Both the position numbers and the translations under genes were made by a program. Below the pieces are notes generated by a model. That model did no database searches. It saw only the letters and a program-made list of their open reading frames with translations, and was not told the origin of the DNA. A DNA stretch of 63,357 nucleotides, filler included, from Candidatus Zapsychrus exili (GTDB taxonomy: Bacteria; Omnitrophota; Gorgyraeia; Zapsychrales; Zapsychraceae), in the NCBI GenBank assembly GCA_030765585.1. It is 5 parts of 5 records of this genome, joined end to end, with 100 filler letters (N's around TTAATTAATTAA, not from the genome) between each part and the next. Parts side by side here need not be neighbours in the genome. Positions count along the whole stretch, not along the records: positions 1 to 27,590 come from JAVCCJ010000027.1; 4 more parts are not named here. One strand, 5' to 3'. Shown here in pieces: positions 17,310 to 25,088 of this stretch; position 1 is the first letter of the stretch, and every line of letters begins with the position of its first letter.

Positions 17310-18170
17310 CTAATCTCTATTACGACCTCTCTGGCCACCACGGCTATCTTCTTTACTCTTGCCACCTCTTCTTTCTTGGCCACGGTCTCCTTTTTTTCCT
17401 TTTTTGCCTCCTCGATTATCATGATGCTGACCTTTTTCTCCTTTGCCTCTTCTATCACCTCTGTCATCTTTTCTATCACGATAATTTTCTTTTCGATCAC
17501 GCCTGTCATCGCGTCTATCATAGCGATCTTCTCTATTACCTCTATCGCCTCTATGATCACGATAATTTTCTTTTCGATCACGTCTATCATCACGTCTATC
17601 ATAACGATCTTCTTTTCTGTCGCGTTTACCTTCTTTTCTGTCTCTTACATCTTCACGCCTGTCCTGCCTGTCTTCTTTTCTGTCTCTATATTTCTTACGT
17701 TCACCTCTGTCAACTTCTCCGTCATTGTTTCTATCTTTTTTACCTCTATTAAACTTTTGCCTTTCATCCTTTGACACTGACCCATCACCATCTTTATCCA
17801 TTTCTTTAATACGTGAAGCCTTGCGTTCTTCTCTTTTAGCTTCCCTATTCTCACTACGTTCTTCTCTTTTAGTTTTCTTAAACTCACTACGTTCTGCTTT
17901 CTCACCTTGTCTATACTCTTTTCTTTGAACATCAAACTCCTTCATTTTTTCTTGTATCTCTTTGTGAGATAAACCGTCTTGCCTATACTGCTCAATAGCC
18001 GCCTTGCGACTTGCATGATATTCTTCTTTCCATGCTTGATGTTCTGCTTTTTGCTCTTGATTAAACTCTTGGGCTTGTTCTTTTAAACTTGTTCCTTCTT
18101 CTTGCGCTTGCGCCATTGAACCGACACAAAACATTCCAACAAGAATTAGTAGTAGGGCTTTTACTCTCAT
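17310..18170 (-). CDS. Secreted low-complexity D/R/E/K-rich protein with two EF-hand-like loops
   Basis: Signal peptide ..AQA; DKDGDGSVSKDE and DRNNDGEVDRGE; 81-bp internal repeat; AGGAGG RBS. Confidence 0.8.
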   Translation of the reverse strand: MRVKALLLILVGMFCVGSMAQAQEEGTSLKEQAQEFNQEQKAEHQAWKEEYHASRKAAIEQYRQDGLSHKEIQEKMKEFDVQRKEYRQGEKAERSEFKKTKREERSENREAKREERKASRIKEMDKDGDGSVSKDERQKFNRGKKDRNNDGEVDRGERKKYRDRKEDRQDRREDVRDRKEGKRDRKEDRYDRRDDRRDRKENYRDHRGDRGNREDRYDRRDDRRDRKENYRDRKDDRGDRRGKGEKGQHHDNRGGKKGKKGDRGQERRGGKSKEDSRGGQRGRNRD

Positions 18171-18300
18171 TTTGATTCCTCCTTAACAAAAAAAATATAT
18201 TTTATTAAATTTAGTCCGTTTTTGCTCAAAAACACCTGATTGTTTCTCCTTTCTCCAAAAAAATACCTTATTTCGCTAGGAATAAAGTCTTTCTTTAGTT

Positions 18301-18425
18301 GGCAGCTGGCTATCCTTAAAATTTAAGGACCCTGCCCCGACCTTCAATCGGGGTCCCGATTTCCTTCTAATGTTTTTAGAAAACATCGGGATAGCTTTGT
18401 GTCCCATCCTTGCAAATGGTTTACC
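18301..18425 (-). ncRNA. c-di-GMP-I (GEMM) riboswitch with a ~57-nt insertion
   Basis: Minus strand GGTAAACCATTTGCAAGGATGGGACACAAAGCTAT...AGGGTCCTTAAATTTTAAGGATAGCCAGCTGCC matches the GEMM-I pattern (GYAAACC, GNRA loop, GGGACRCAAAGC, AGC..RYYRCC); located in the leader of 17310-18170. Confidence 0.8.
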
Positions 18426-18466
18426 TTTTTAAAAGTTATTCACATGTCAATGAACCGTTTTTCTCC

Positions 18467-18505
18467 CCTACTAGTTTAAACCCCGTTAATTTAGAAAAGT
18501 TTCGC
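18467..18505 (-). promoter_or_regulatory. Putative ECF sigma promoter upstream of the riboswitch
   Basis: GCGAAACTTTTCTAAATTAACGGGGTTTAAACTAGTAGG; aligns without gaps to 19921-19959. Confidence 0.6.
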
Positions 18506-18518
18506 TAAAATTTAAAAT

Positions 18519-19199
18519 TTATTTTCTCACGCCTTTTTTCTTATGACCACCGCGACTGCGACCACTGCGACTATCACGTTTTGTGCCGCGAGAATCTTTC
18601 TTTTTTCGAATATTATTAGCAGCACTAGGACCTCTTTCAGAACCACGCCTACCCTTTATATCGCTAGCATGCTTACGCTCATTCTTCTTTCGAATATCTT
18701 TTTTTGTCTCATCAAGGCGCCTTTGTCTTTCTACATCGCCGCCTCCTCTTTCTTTACCCTCGCCTCGTTTGCCTTTATCTTTTTCTCTAAACTTACGACG
18801 AAACTCTCCTCTTCTTTCTTTAGGCAAATCATGAAAACGCCTTACCTTATTACGTAAGTCTTTTCTATGACCTTCAGGTAAATCACGAAATCTTTTATAA
18901 TTATTACGCATTCTACCTTTATCTTCGATAGAGCGTGTTCTAAACTCTTTAGCATTCCTACGTATAGCTTTTCTTTCATCAGTATTTAAACCACGCACCT
19001 TTTGACGAATTGCCTGACGCTCTTCTTCTGATAAGCTCTTCCATCGCTTTAAATTTTCTTCATACGAAGACTCATCAGCCGCAGCCACGCCAACGTTTTC
19101 ATCGTTCGCAAATACTTTTGGCACAACGCACAATTGAAACAAAATAAATAAACCAATAATATATCGTATTTTATTTTTCATATTATAATATTTCCTCAT
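18519..19199 (-). CDS. Secreted DUF3106-like protein of the ECF locus
   Basis: Signal peptide; repeated W/F-xxLxxE-R helical units; basic low-complexity tail; start may be 19181. Confidence 0.65.
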   Translation of the reverse strand: MRKYYNMKNKIRYIIGLFILFQLCVVPKVFANDENVGVAAADESSYEENLKRWKSLSEEERQAIRQKVRGLNTDERKAIRRNAKEFRTRSIEDKGRMRNNYKRFRDLPEGHRKDLRNKVRRFHDLPKERRGEFRRKFREKDKGKRGEGKERGGGDVERQRRLDETKKDIRKKNERKHASDIKGRRGSERGPSAANNIRKKKDSRGTKRDSRSGRSRGGHKKKGVRK

Positions 19200-19908
19200 C
19201 TATGTCTTCGACAACATCTAAGTCTTCTAATAAAGCATAATTTTGATAAAATTCCATATTCTCATAAACATCTAAATAGGCTACAATCTCCTCATCAATC
19301 TCTTCATCAATAAGCTCAACCTCTTGAGGCGCTACCTTAGCAATGCTTGTTACCTCTGCTTGTTCAACTACCTGTTCAACTACCTCTGCTATCTCTTCTT
19401 CCTGAGGCACGCTTGCTACTTCTACGACACCCACTATCTCTTTTTCCTCAATAACACTCGCAACACTTTCAACTACATCTTCTTTAACTAGTTCAGCCTT
19501 TGCTATCATTTGTATATCTGGTTTTATTTGAATTTTCTTTGCAAGTTGTGCGGTATCATTTTTAAGATTACTACTAACGAGCGCGTAAACCACAATAAAT
19601 ACTGATATTGTCGCCATTGCAGGAACAAACTGAGGAAATTCAAAATTGATGCTTGGTAAGGTAAAATCAAACTTAAATTTCTTCTCTTTTTGCTGATCAA
19701 TTCGATCCATAACTCTAGCTGTAAAATTACTGCTGACTTTTGGTGCCTCATACTCATCAAGCATAAGCCAGGTTTCTTTAAGGACCTCTTTCTCTTTTTG
19801 ACACTCTTGACACGTATCTAAATGAGCCGAAACAAGAACATTATCTTTATCAGACAAATCTGACTCTAAAAAAGAAACAAGTAAGTTTTTAACATCTTTA
19901 CATTTCAC
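19183..19908 (-). CDS. Zinc-finger (ZAS/zf-HC2) transmembrane anti-sigma factor
   Basis: C...HLDTCQEC motif, one TM helix, downstream of ECF sigma. Confidence 0.88.
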   Translation of the reverse strand: MKCKDVKNLLVSFLESDLSDKDNVLVSAHLDTCQECQKEKEVLKETWLMLDEYEAPKVSSNFTARVMDRIDQQKEKKFKFDFTLPSINFEFPQFVPAMATISVFIVVYALVSSNLKNDTAQLAKKIQIKPDIQMIAKAELVKEDVVESVASVIEEKEIVGVVEVASVPQEEEIAEVVEQVVEQAEVTSIAKVAPQEVELIDEEIDEEIVAYLDVYENMEFYQNYALLEDLDVVEDIDEEIL

Positions 19909-19920
19909 TTTGGTATTCCT

Positions 19921-19959
19921 CCTACTTTATTAAATCCATATATACTAAAAAAGTTTCGC
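19921..19959 (-). promoter_or_regulatory. Putative ECF sigma promoter upstream of the anti-sigma gene
   Basis: GCGAAACTTTTTTAGTATATATGGATTTAATAAAGTAGG; GAAAC -35 element. Confidence 0.55.
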
Positions 19960-20544
19960 CTATTTATTAAAATAGTCCGCCAATTTTTCCTTTAAAGTTA
20001 CACGCGCCCTATGAAGCAGCGATTTGACCGCCTTTGTTGAGACTCCCATAACTTTTGCAATGTCCTCATACGAAAGCTGATCGTATTTATATAATATTAA
20101 AACCATCTTCTGATTTTCGACAAGTGCATCAATAGCCTCTTTAACCAGCTTGTCTGTTTCATTAGATATGGCATCATCTACGGGTGTTGACTCTTTATCA
20201 TCAGCAACCTGCAACGGAACAGAGCCTTCAGACAATTCTTTTGACTGATTTAGTGATATTGTTTTAAGTTTTTCACGACGGAATGTTTTTAGACAAGTAT
20301 TTTTGCAAACTGTATACAGCCATGTAGTAAATTGAGCATCAGAAGGCTTGTAAGACTTTTTTAAATTATAGATATTAATAAAAACCTGCTGTGCCGCATC
20401 TTCGGCATCATGAACATTGCCTAAATATCTAAAGGCAATATTAAAAACACGCTGTTTGTGACGCTCAACAAGCTGCTCAAAACAGCGATCATCGCCATCT
20501 TGAAATTGAACCATCAAATCAATATCTGTAAAATCATTTTCCAT
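19960..20544 (-). CDS. ECF RNA polymerase sigma factor
   Basis: DAEDAAQQVF, FTTWLY, SYEDIAKVMG...VKSLLHRAR; likely start MENDF at 20544 (possibly leaderless). Confidence 0.92.
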   Translation of the reverse strand: MENDFTDIDLMVQFQDGDDRCFEQLVERHKQRVFNIAFRYLGNVHDAEDAAQQVFINIYNLKKSYKPSDAQFTTWLYTVCKNTCLKTFRREKLKTISLNQSKELSEGSVPLQVADDKESTPVDDAISNETDKLVKEAIDALVENQKMVLILYKYDQLSYEDIAKVMGVSTKAVKSLLHRARVTLKEKLADYFNK

Positions 20545-20585
20545 TGGGAATATATTAGCAGAGAATTCTGCTACAAGGCAAGGCA
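20535..20585. repeat. 51-bp direct repeat copy 1 (promoter and start of the ECF gene)
   Basis: Matches 24655-24705 at 50/51 positions; contains TAGCAGA-GAAT-TCTGCTA inverted repeat. Confidence 0.9.
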
Positions 20586-20738
20586 TTTCCCCTTAAAGAG
20601 AGGACACCTCTATAACTTAATTCTTCACTGACCACTGATCTGTCCCTTTCTAAATTTTGCCATATTAAAACCACTAGCCTTCCTTTATTTTACTTTTTTA
20701 TTTACTTTCAATACTATTAACCTTACTATTAATAGTAT

Positions 20739-22745
20739 ATGAAATTTAAATTTTTAAATAATATGAACATACAGAAAAAACTTATGTTCATCATCTTACT
20801 AACAGCTGTCACTTCCCTTTTGTTAGCATCTATCTGTTTTGCTGTTTACGAACTTTTCTCATTCAAAATTACCCTTGGAAGCAAACTACACGAAATCAAT
20901 AAAATAATCTCAAATAAATTAGAAGAGCCTCTTAAAGAAAAAGACATAAAAGCCCTTTCTTCTATTGTAAATTCATTAGAAACTATTGATTACATCACTC
21001 TCTCAAAAGTTGTTGATAGCACTGGCAAAACTTTAGCACAATACAAAACAGCTAATGCCAAAACCGCTGGAACTGTTTTGCCTACTGGTATTTATAGCTA
21101 TGGAAATCGCATACATTCCTATTATACTATTAAGAATGATACCAATCGTTTAGGATCCCTATACATACAATCAGATCTTTCGCAACTCACCAAAAGACTT
21201 AGCTTTTACTTAAGAATAATACTTGTCATCATTCTTTTCATTTTTCTTGTTGCAAAAGAAATATCTTCTCGCCTACAACGTATAATATCTGACCCAATAC
21301 TCAACCTACTAGACACATCAAAGCAAGTTTCAATTAATAAAAACTACTCACTTCGCACGCCCAAAACAACATCAGACGAAATTGGCGATCTTACCGATGC
21401 GTTTAACTCTATGTTAAGCGAAACAGACAAGGCAAACAAAAAGCTGCTTCATGCTGCCCTTTATGACAATTTAACAAATTTGCCAAATAGAACTTTATTT
21501 ATAGAGCGGCTAGAAAGAACTATACAGCATAAAAAAAGAAAGCCTGACTTCATTTTTGCTGTTATTTTTATTGATCTCAATCGATTTAAAATAATAAATG
21601 ATACTCTTGGGCATATTAAGGGCGACAAGATCCTTATGAAAACTGCAAAACGCCTTAAAAAGAGCATTAGAGAAAATGATACAATTGCACGCTTTGGTGG
21701 AGATGAATTTATTGTGCTTTTAAACGACTTAGCCATGATAGGCGATGTTAAGGTAGTTCTTGACAGACTTGTCGAAATCTTTAAAAAGCCCATAAAAATA
21801 AATAAGCAAGATATCTATGTTAGTGTGTCTATGGGGGTTGTATTAAGTGATAAAAAATACAGTAATGTAAGAGAATACCTACAAATGTCAGACAATGCTA
21901 TGTATCATGCAAAATCAACAGATAGATGCAACTACAAAGTTTTTGATGGATTTACAAAGGATGATCGGTCAAACATAATAAACATCGAAAGCGATTTAAG
22001 AAAAGCTATTGAAAATAATGAGTTTGAAGTCTACTACCAGCCTATCGTCTCTTGCAAAACTAAAGAAATAGTGCAACTAGAAGCTCTTATACGCTGGAAT
22101 CATCCTAAGCATGGAATAGTGAGTCCTGATACATTCATTCCATTATCAGAGGAGATCGGATTGATTGATCCTATCGGAAGATGGGTATTTAAAAGTGTTT
22201 GTAAGCAAATTTCTACCTGGAAACAAAACAAAATCAACAAATGCCGAACGTCTATTAACGTTTCTGCAAAGCAGCTTGAGCACAATGATCTAATAAAATT
22301 CTTCAAAGAAACCATAGATGAGCATAACGTTGATGCTTCATGCGTAGAAATTGAATTAACTGAGAGCTTTTTTGTGCACAATATTGATGCTGGTATCGAA
22401 TTCTTAAATAACCTTAGGGATATTGGCATAACAAGCGCCATGGATGATTTCGGCACAGGATACTCATCATTAAATAGCTTAATGCTTTTCCCTTTTGACA
22501 ATTTAAAAATAGATAAATGTTTTATACAAATGATGCACGAAAAATCTTCTAATTGCCACATTGTTGAAGCAATTATAAATATGGGGCATAATTTAGATTT
22601 TAAGATTATTGCCGAAGGTGTGGAAAACGAATATCAAGCAAATATACTAAAGCAATACAAGTGCGATTATTTGCAAGGATTCTTATTTCACAAACCCCTC
22701 CCTGCTTCTAAAATTACAAAACTACTTAAAAGTCAAAAAAATTAA
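20739..22745 (+). CDS. Membrane HAMP-GGDEF-EAL diguanylate cyclase/phosphodiesterase
   Basis: Two TMs, HAMP, intact GGDEF, EAL and DDFGTGYSSL motifs. Confidence 0.93.
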   Translation: MKFKFLNNMNIQKKLMFIILLTAVTSLLLASICFAVYELFSFKITLGSKLHEINKIISNKLEEPLKEKDIKALSSIVNSLETIDYITLSKVVDSTGKTLAQYKTANAKTAGTVLPTGIYSYGNRIHSYYTIKNDTNRLGSLYIQSDLSQLTKRLSFYLRIILVIILFIFLVAKEISSRLQRIISDPILNLLDTSKQVSINKNYSLRTPKTTSDEIGDLTDAFNSMLSETDKANKKLLHAALYDNLTNLPNRTLFIERLERTIQHKKRKPDFIFAVIFIDLNRFKIINDTLGHIKGDKILMKTAKRLKKSIRENDTIARFGGDEFIVLLNDLAMIGDVKVVLDRLVEIFKKPIKINKQDIYVSVSMGVVLSDKKYSNVREYLQMSDNAMYHAKSTDRCNYKVFDGFTKDDRSNIINIESDLRKAIENNEFEVYYQPIVSCKTKEIVQLEALIRWNHPKHGIVSPDTFIPLSEEIGLIDPIGRWVFKSVCKQISTWKQNKINKCRTSINVSAKQLEHNDLIKFFKETIDEHNVDASCVEIELTESFFVHNIDAGIEFLNNLRDIGITSAMDDFGTGYSSLNSLMLFPFDNLKIDKCFIQMMHEKSSNCHIVEAIINMGHNLDFKIIAEGVENEYQANILKQYKCDYLQGFLFHKPLPASKITKLLKSQKN

Positions 22746-22802
22746 AAATAAATTAATAGAATTAAGAACTTATTTAGACCATTTCTGCTTACTCAACCTG
22801 TT

Positions 22803-22856
22803 CACCTAGCCCCTGTTTTTCTATCACCTAGACCCTAGCACCTATTTTTCTAGCTC
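22803..22856. repeat. Degenerate heptamer array (CTAGCCC/CTAGCAC/CTATTTT) R1
   Basis: 7-bp periodic CTA/CTG triplets. Confidence 0.8.
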
Positions 22857-22890
22857 TTACTTAAACTTCTTTATAAAATCAAGAAAATAC

Positions 22891-23301
22891 CTATTGCGAA
22901 AGGAGCTTACTCTTGACAAAACTCAAAAATCTCTCACAATCCTTAAATATCTTCTCCGCTTCACTTTTATAAACAAGGCGTTCCTCATATTCTGCCATAT
23001 TTTTCATTCTTAAAATTCTAACAATACGATTGGCATTCGTATTAAAGTCATCGGCCTTTTTAATTCTCTTAAAAAGAACCGCTGCCTCATTATGATTTTC
23101 ACCCGAATGACGCTTCCCTAAAAAATATACGCACATAGCGTCACATGCCGATATCGTAGAATGTATTGCATTAATTGCTGTTGCATTCCACTCTTCGCTC
23201 TTTAAAGATTTCTTGGCAGCATTAAAGCATTCCTCCGATTTTTGCATAAAATTAACATACGCGTGTCTTTTAATATCCCTTGTTTTTGATTTTGCTATCA
23301 T
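22891..23301 (-). CDS. HEPN-domain toxin
   Basis: Helical HEPN pattern, AIHSTISACDA, KNMAEY; paired with MNT gene. Confidence 0.8.
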   Translation of the reverse strand: MIAKSKTRDIKRHAYVNFMQKSEECFNAAKKSLKSEEWNATAINAIHSTISACDAMCVYFLGKRHSGENHNEAAVLFKRIKKADDFNTNANRIVRILRMKNMAEYEERLVYKSEAEKIFKDCERFLSFVKSKLLSQ

Positions 23302-23304
23302 CTC

Positions 23305-23907
23305 TTAACCCTTCAAGCCAGGGAATAATTGAATCCCTTGGCTTATTTCTTTAATAACCTTTAGATCTTTTTTTTGTTTGAATTTTTTCTCAGTCAAAAC
23401 ATAAACAGACAATCTATTTCCAAACTTTTCCAGGCATTTAGCAGATAATTTGTCAATCGCCTGCTCTAAAACCCTGGCATCATCTTCATTTTTTACTAGA
23501 ATAAAAAGATCAATATCGCTATCTACTTTTTCTGTAGCCTCAGCAATAGATCCGAACAAAATAACCTTAAGCAAGAGCTTTTTAGGCAAACATAAAAGAA
23601 TGTCCTCTTTCAGCTCTTTGATCGGTTCAGGTATAGATTCAATTTTCTTCTGGATCGCGTTTAATACATCATAAATATAACTTTTACGATTGATTTTCCA
23701 TATGTGCGCGCGTCCCACTCGTTGGTAATAAACAAGATTCCACTCCTCTAGATCACGTAAAATTCTATTAACGGTCATATGCGAAATACCTGCCAAAGAC
23801 GCAATTTCGCGTTCGCTCATTGGAGCATCATGCTTAAGCAAAAACTTAACAATTTTTTGCTTTGCTTCTGTATCAATTAATTTTAAAAATAGGTCATGGA
23901 ATTTCAT
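23305..23907 (-). CDS. HTH + minimal nucleotidyltransferase (MNT) antitoxin
   Basis: SEREIASLAGISH HTH; FGSIA...SDIDL motif; start MKFHDL behind AAGGAG. Confidence 0.88.
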   Translation of the reverse strand: MKFHDLFLKLIDTEAKQKIVKFLLKHDAPMSEREIASLAGISHMTVNRILRDLEEWNLVYYQRVGRAHIWKINRKSYIYDVLNAIQKKIESIPEPIKELKEDILLCLPKKLLLKVILFGSIAEATEKVDSDIDLFILVKNEDDARVLEQAIDKLSAKCLEKFGNRLSVYVLTEKKFKQKKDLKVIKEISQGIQLFPGLKG

Positions 23908-23917
23908 GTCTTCTCCT

Positions 23918-23955
23918 TGTAATATATTTGTTACAAGTGTAACATATATATTACA
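23918..23955. promoter_or_regulatory. Double palindromic operator upstream of MNT/HEPN
   Basis: TGTAATATATTTGTTACA-AG-TGTAACATATATATTACA; two TGTAA-N8-TTACA sites. Confidence 0.65.
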
Positions 23956-23980
23956 TAGGGGCAACCTTTTTTCCTGTGCC

Positions 23981-24043
23981 ACACTAGCCCCTACTTTTCT
24001 AGTCCCTGCTTTTCTAGCACCTAATCCCTAGGCCCTAACCTAT
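23981..24043. repeat. Degenerate heptamer array R2
   Basis: CTAGCCC CTACTTTT CTAGTCC CTGCTTTT CTAGCAC CTAATCC CTAGGCC. Confidence 0.8.
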
Positions 24044-24603
24044 TTCTCCCACTTATTGCCATCACTATATTTATATATCGTCCTAATGCCATTGGAAATT
24101 GGGTCATTACCGTAATCTCTATTCTCAACAATTATTTCTTTAATGCCATCGCTATCAACATCCTTTAGTTCAAATGATGGTCTATCCGAAAAAAATGTTG
24201 CCGCTTTAATTAATCTCTTTAAACCATTCTCAGATACACTGTACTCAATCAAATCTAAATTGCCTGAATGTGCTCCTGAGGAATGAAATACGCCAATATA
24301 GGCTGAGATTGTTGGATAAACATCAATTACATTTAGATGACACGATGAAACATGGTCGACTTCAATGTCCATGGCTCCCTTTTCTTCGCCATCTTTTACC
24401 GTCACGAAACATTTACGTGTTTCATCACTAAAAAGAAATATTTCAGCCTGTATTATTTCTTTTTGTCCATCTCTATCCAAATCGTATTCTAGATATCGTA
24501 CATCCTCTTCTTGATAATTAGGCACTAAATTCTTACCTTGAGCTAGTGCAACTGAAAGGAAAATTAGACATAACAAAAAACTTAATATAAATACTTTTCT
24601 CAT
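24040..24603 (-). CDS. Secreted hypothetical protein with DxDxDG (FG-GAP/VCBS-like) loops
   Basis: Signal peptide ..ALA; DLDRDGQKEI and DVDSDGIKEI. Confidence 0.75.
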   Translation of the reverse strand: MRKVFILSFLLCLIFLSVALAQGKNLVPNYQEEDVRYLEYDLDRDGQKEIIQAEIFLFSDETRKCFVTVKDGEEKGAMDIEVDHVSSCHLNVIDVYPTISAYIGVFHSSGAHSGNLDLIEYSVSENGLKRLIKAATFFSDRPSFELKDVDSDGIKEIIVENRDYGNDPISNGIRTIYKYSDGNKWEK

Positions 24604-24654
24604 TTATGCCCCTTTTTTACTTATTCGATTAAATTGCCTCATTTTCCGATGCCA

Positions 24655-24705
24655 CATTTTCTATTGGGAATATATTAGCAGAGAATTCTGCTACAAGGCA
24701 AGGCA
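24655..24705. repeat. 51-bp direct repeat copy 2
   Basis: Copy of 20535-20585 with the ECF ATG changed to ATA. Confidence 0.9.
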
Positions 24706-24734
24706 AAACATGAAAATGAAGCGCGCCTAATGAC

Positions 24735-24834
24735 ACCTAGGCCCTAGCACCTAATCCCTAGCCCCTGCTTTCCTAGCACCTAGCCCCTATTTTTCTAGCC
24801 CCTGTTTTTCTATCACCTAGGCCCTAGCCCCTAC
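24735..24834. repeat. Degenerate heptamer array R3
   Basis: About 13 units of CTAGGCC/CTAGCAC/CTAATCC/CTAGCCC/CTGTTTTT. Confidence 0.85.
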
Positions 24835-24839
24835 ATTTT

Positions 24840-24924
24840 GTCATTCCTGCGAAGGCAGGAATCTCTTAATAATTTGAGAAGCGTTAATCTTAAAAGCGGA
24901 GATCCCTGCCTTCGCAGGGATGAC
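24840..24924. repeat. REP/dRS3-like palindromic element
   Basis: GTCATTCCTGCGAAGGCAGGAATCTC ... GAGATCCCTGCCTTCGCAGGGATGAC inverted pair. Confidence 0.85.
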
Positions 24925-25038
24925 ACTGGTAGAAGAGGGATGACAGACTTTTTTAAAGCTTTGATATTTTTACTAACTATTTCTTATTAAAGCGTTGCAT
25001 TAGAACCTTGAACCCACCCTCTATCCCCAACATCCAAT

Positions 25039-25088
25039 CCCTAACACCTATTTCCCTAAGCCCTACTTTTCTAGCACCTGCTTTTCTA
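25039..25088. repeat. Degenerate heptamer array R4
   Basis: CTAACAC CTATTTCC CTAAGCC CTACTTTT CTAGCAC CTGCTTTT CTA, abutting the upstream gene's stop. Confidence 0.75.

Noticed and set aside
17129..17935. Alternative-frame ORFs (His/Tyr/Leu-rich, Ile-rich) over the DRRE-repeat gene
   Set aside because: Stop-free by-products of a low-complexity repeat; only 17310-18170 has an RBS and signal peptide
22803..25088. Repeat arrays as possible CRISPR or attC sites
   Set aside because: 7-bp degenerate units without unique spacers; no cas or integron integrase; no clear attC boxes
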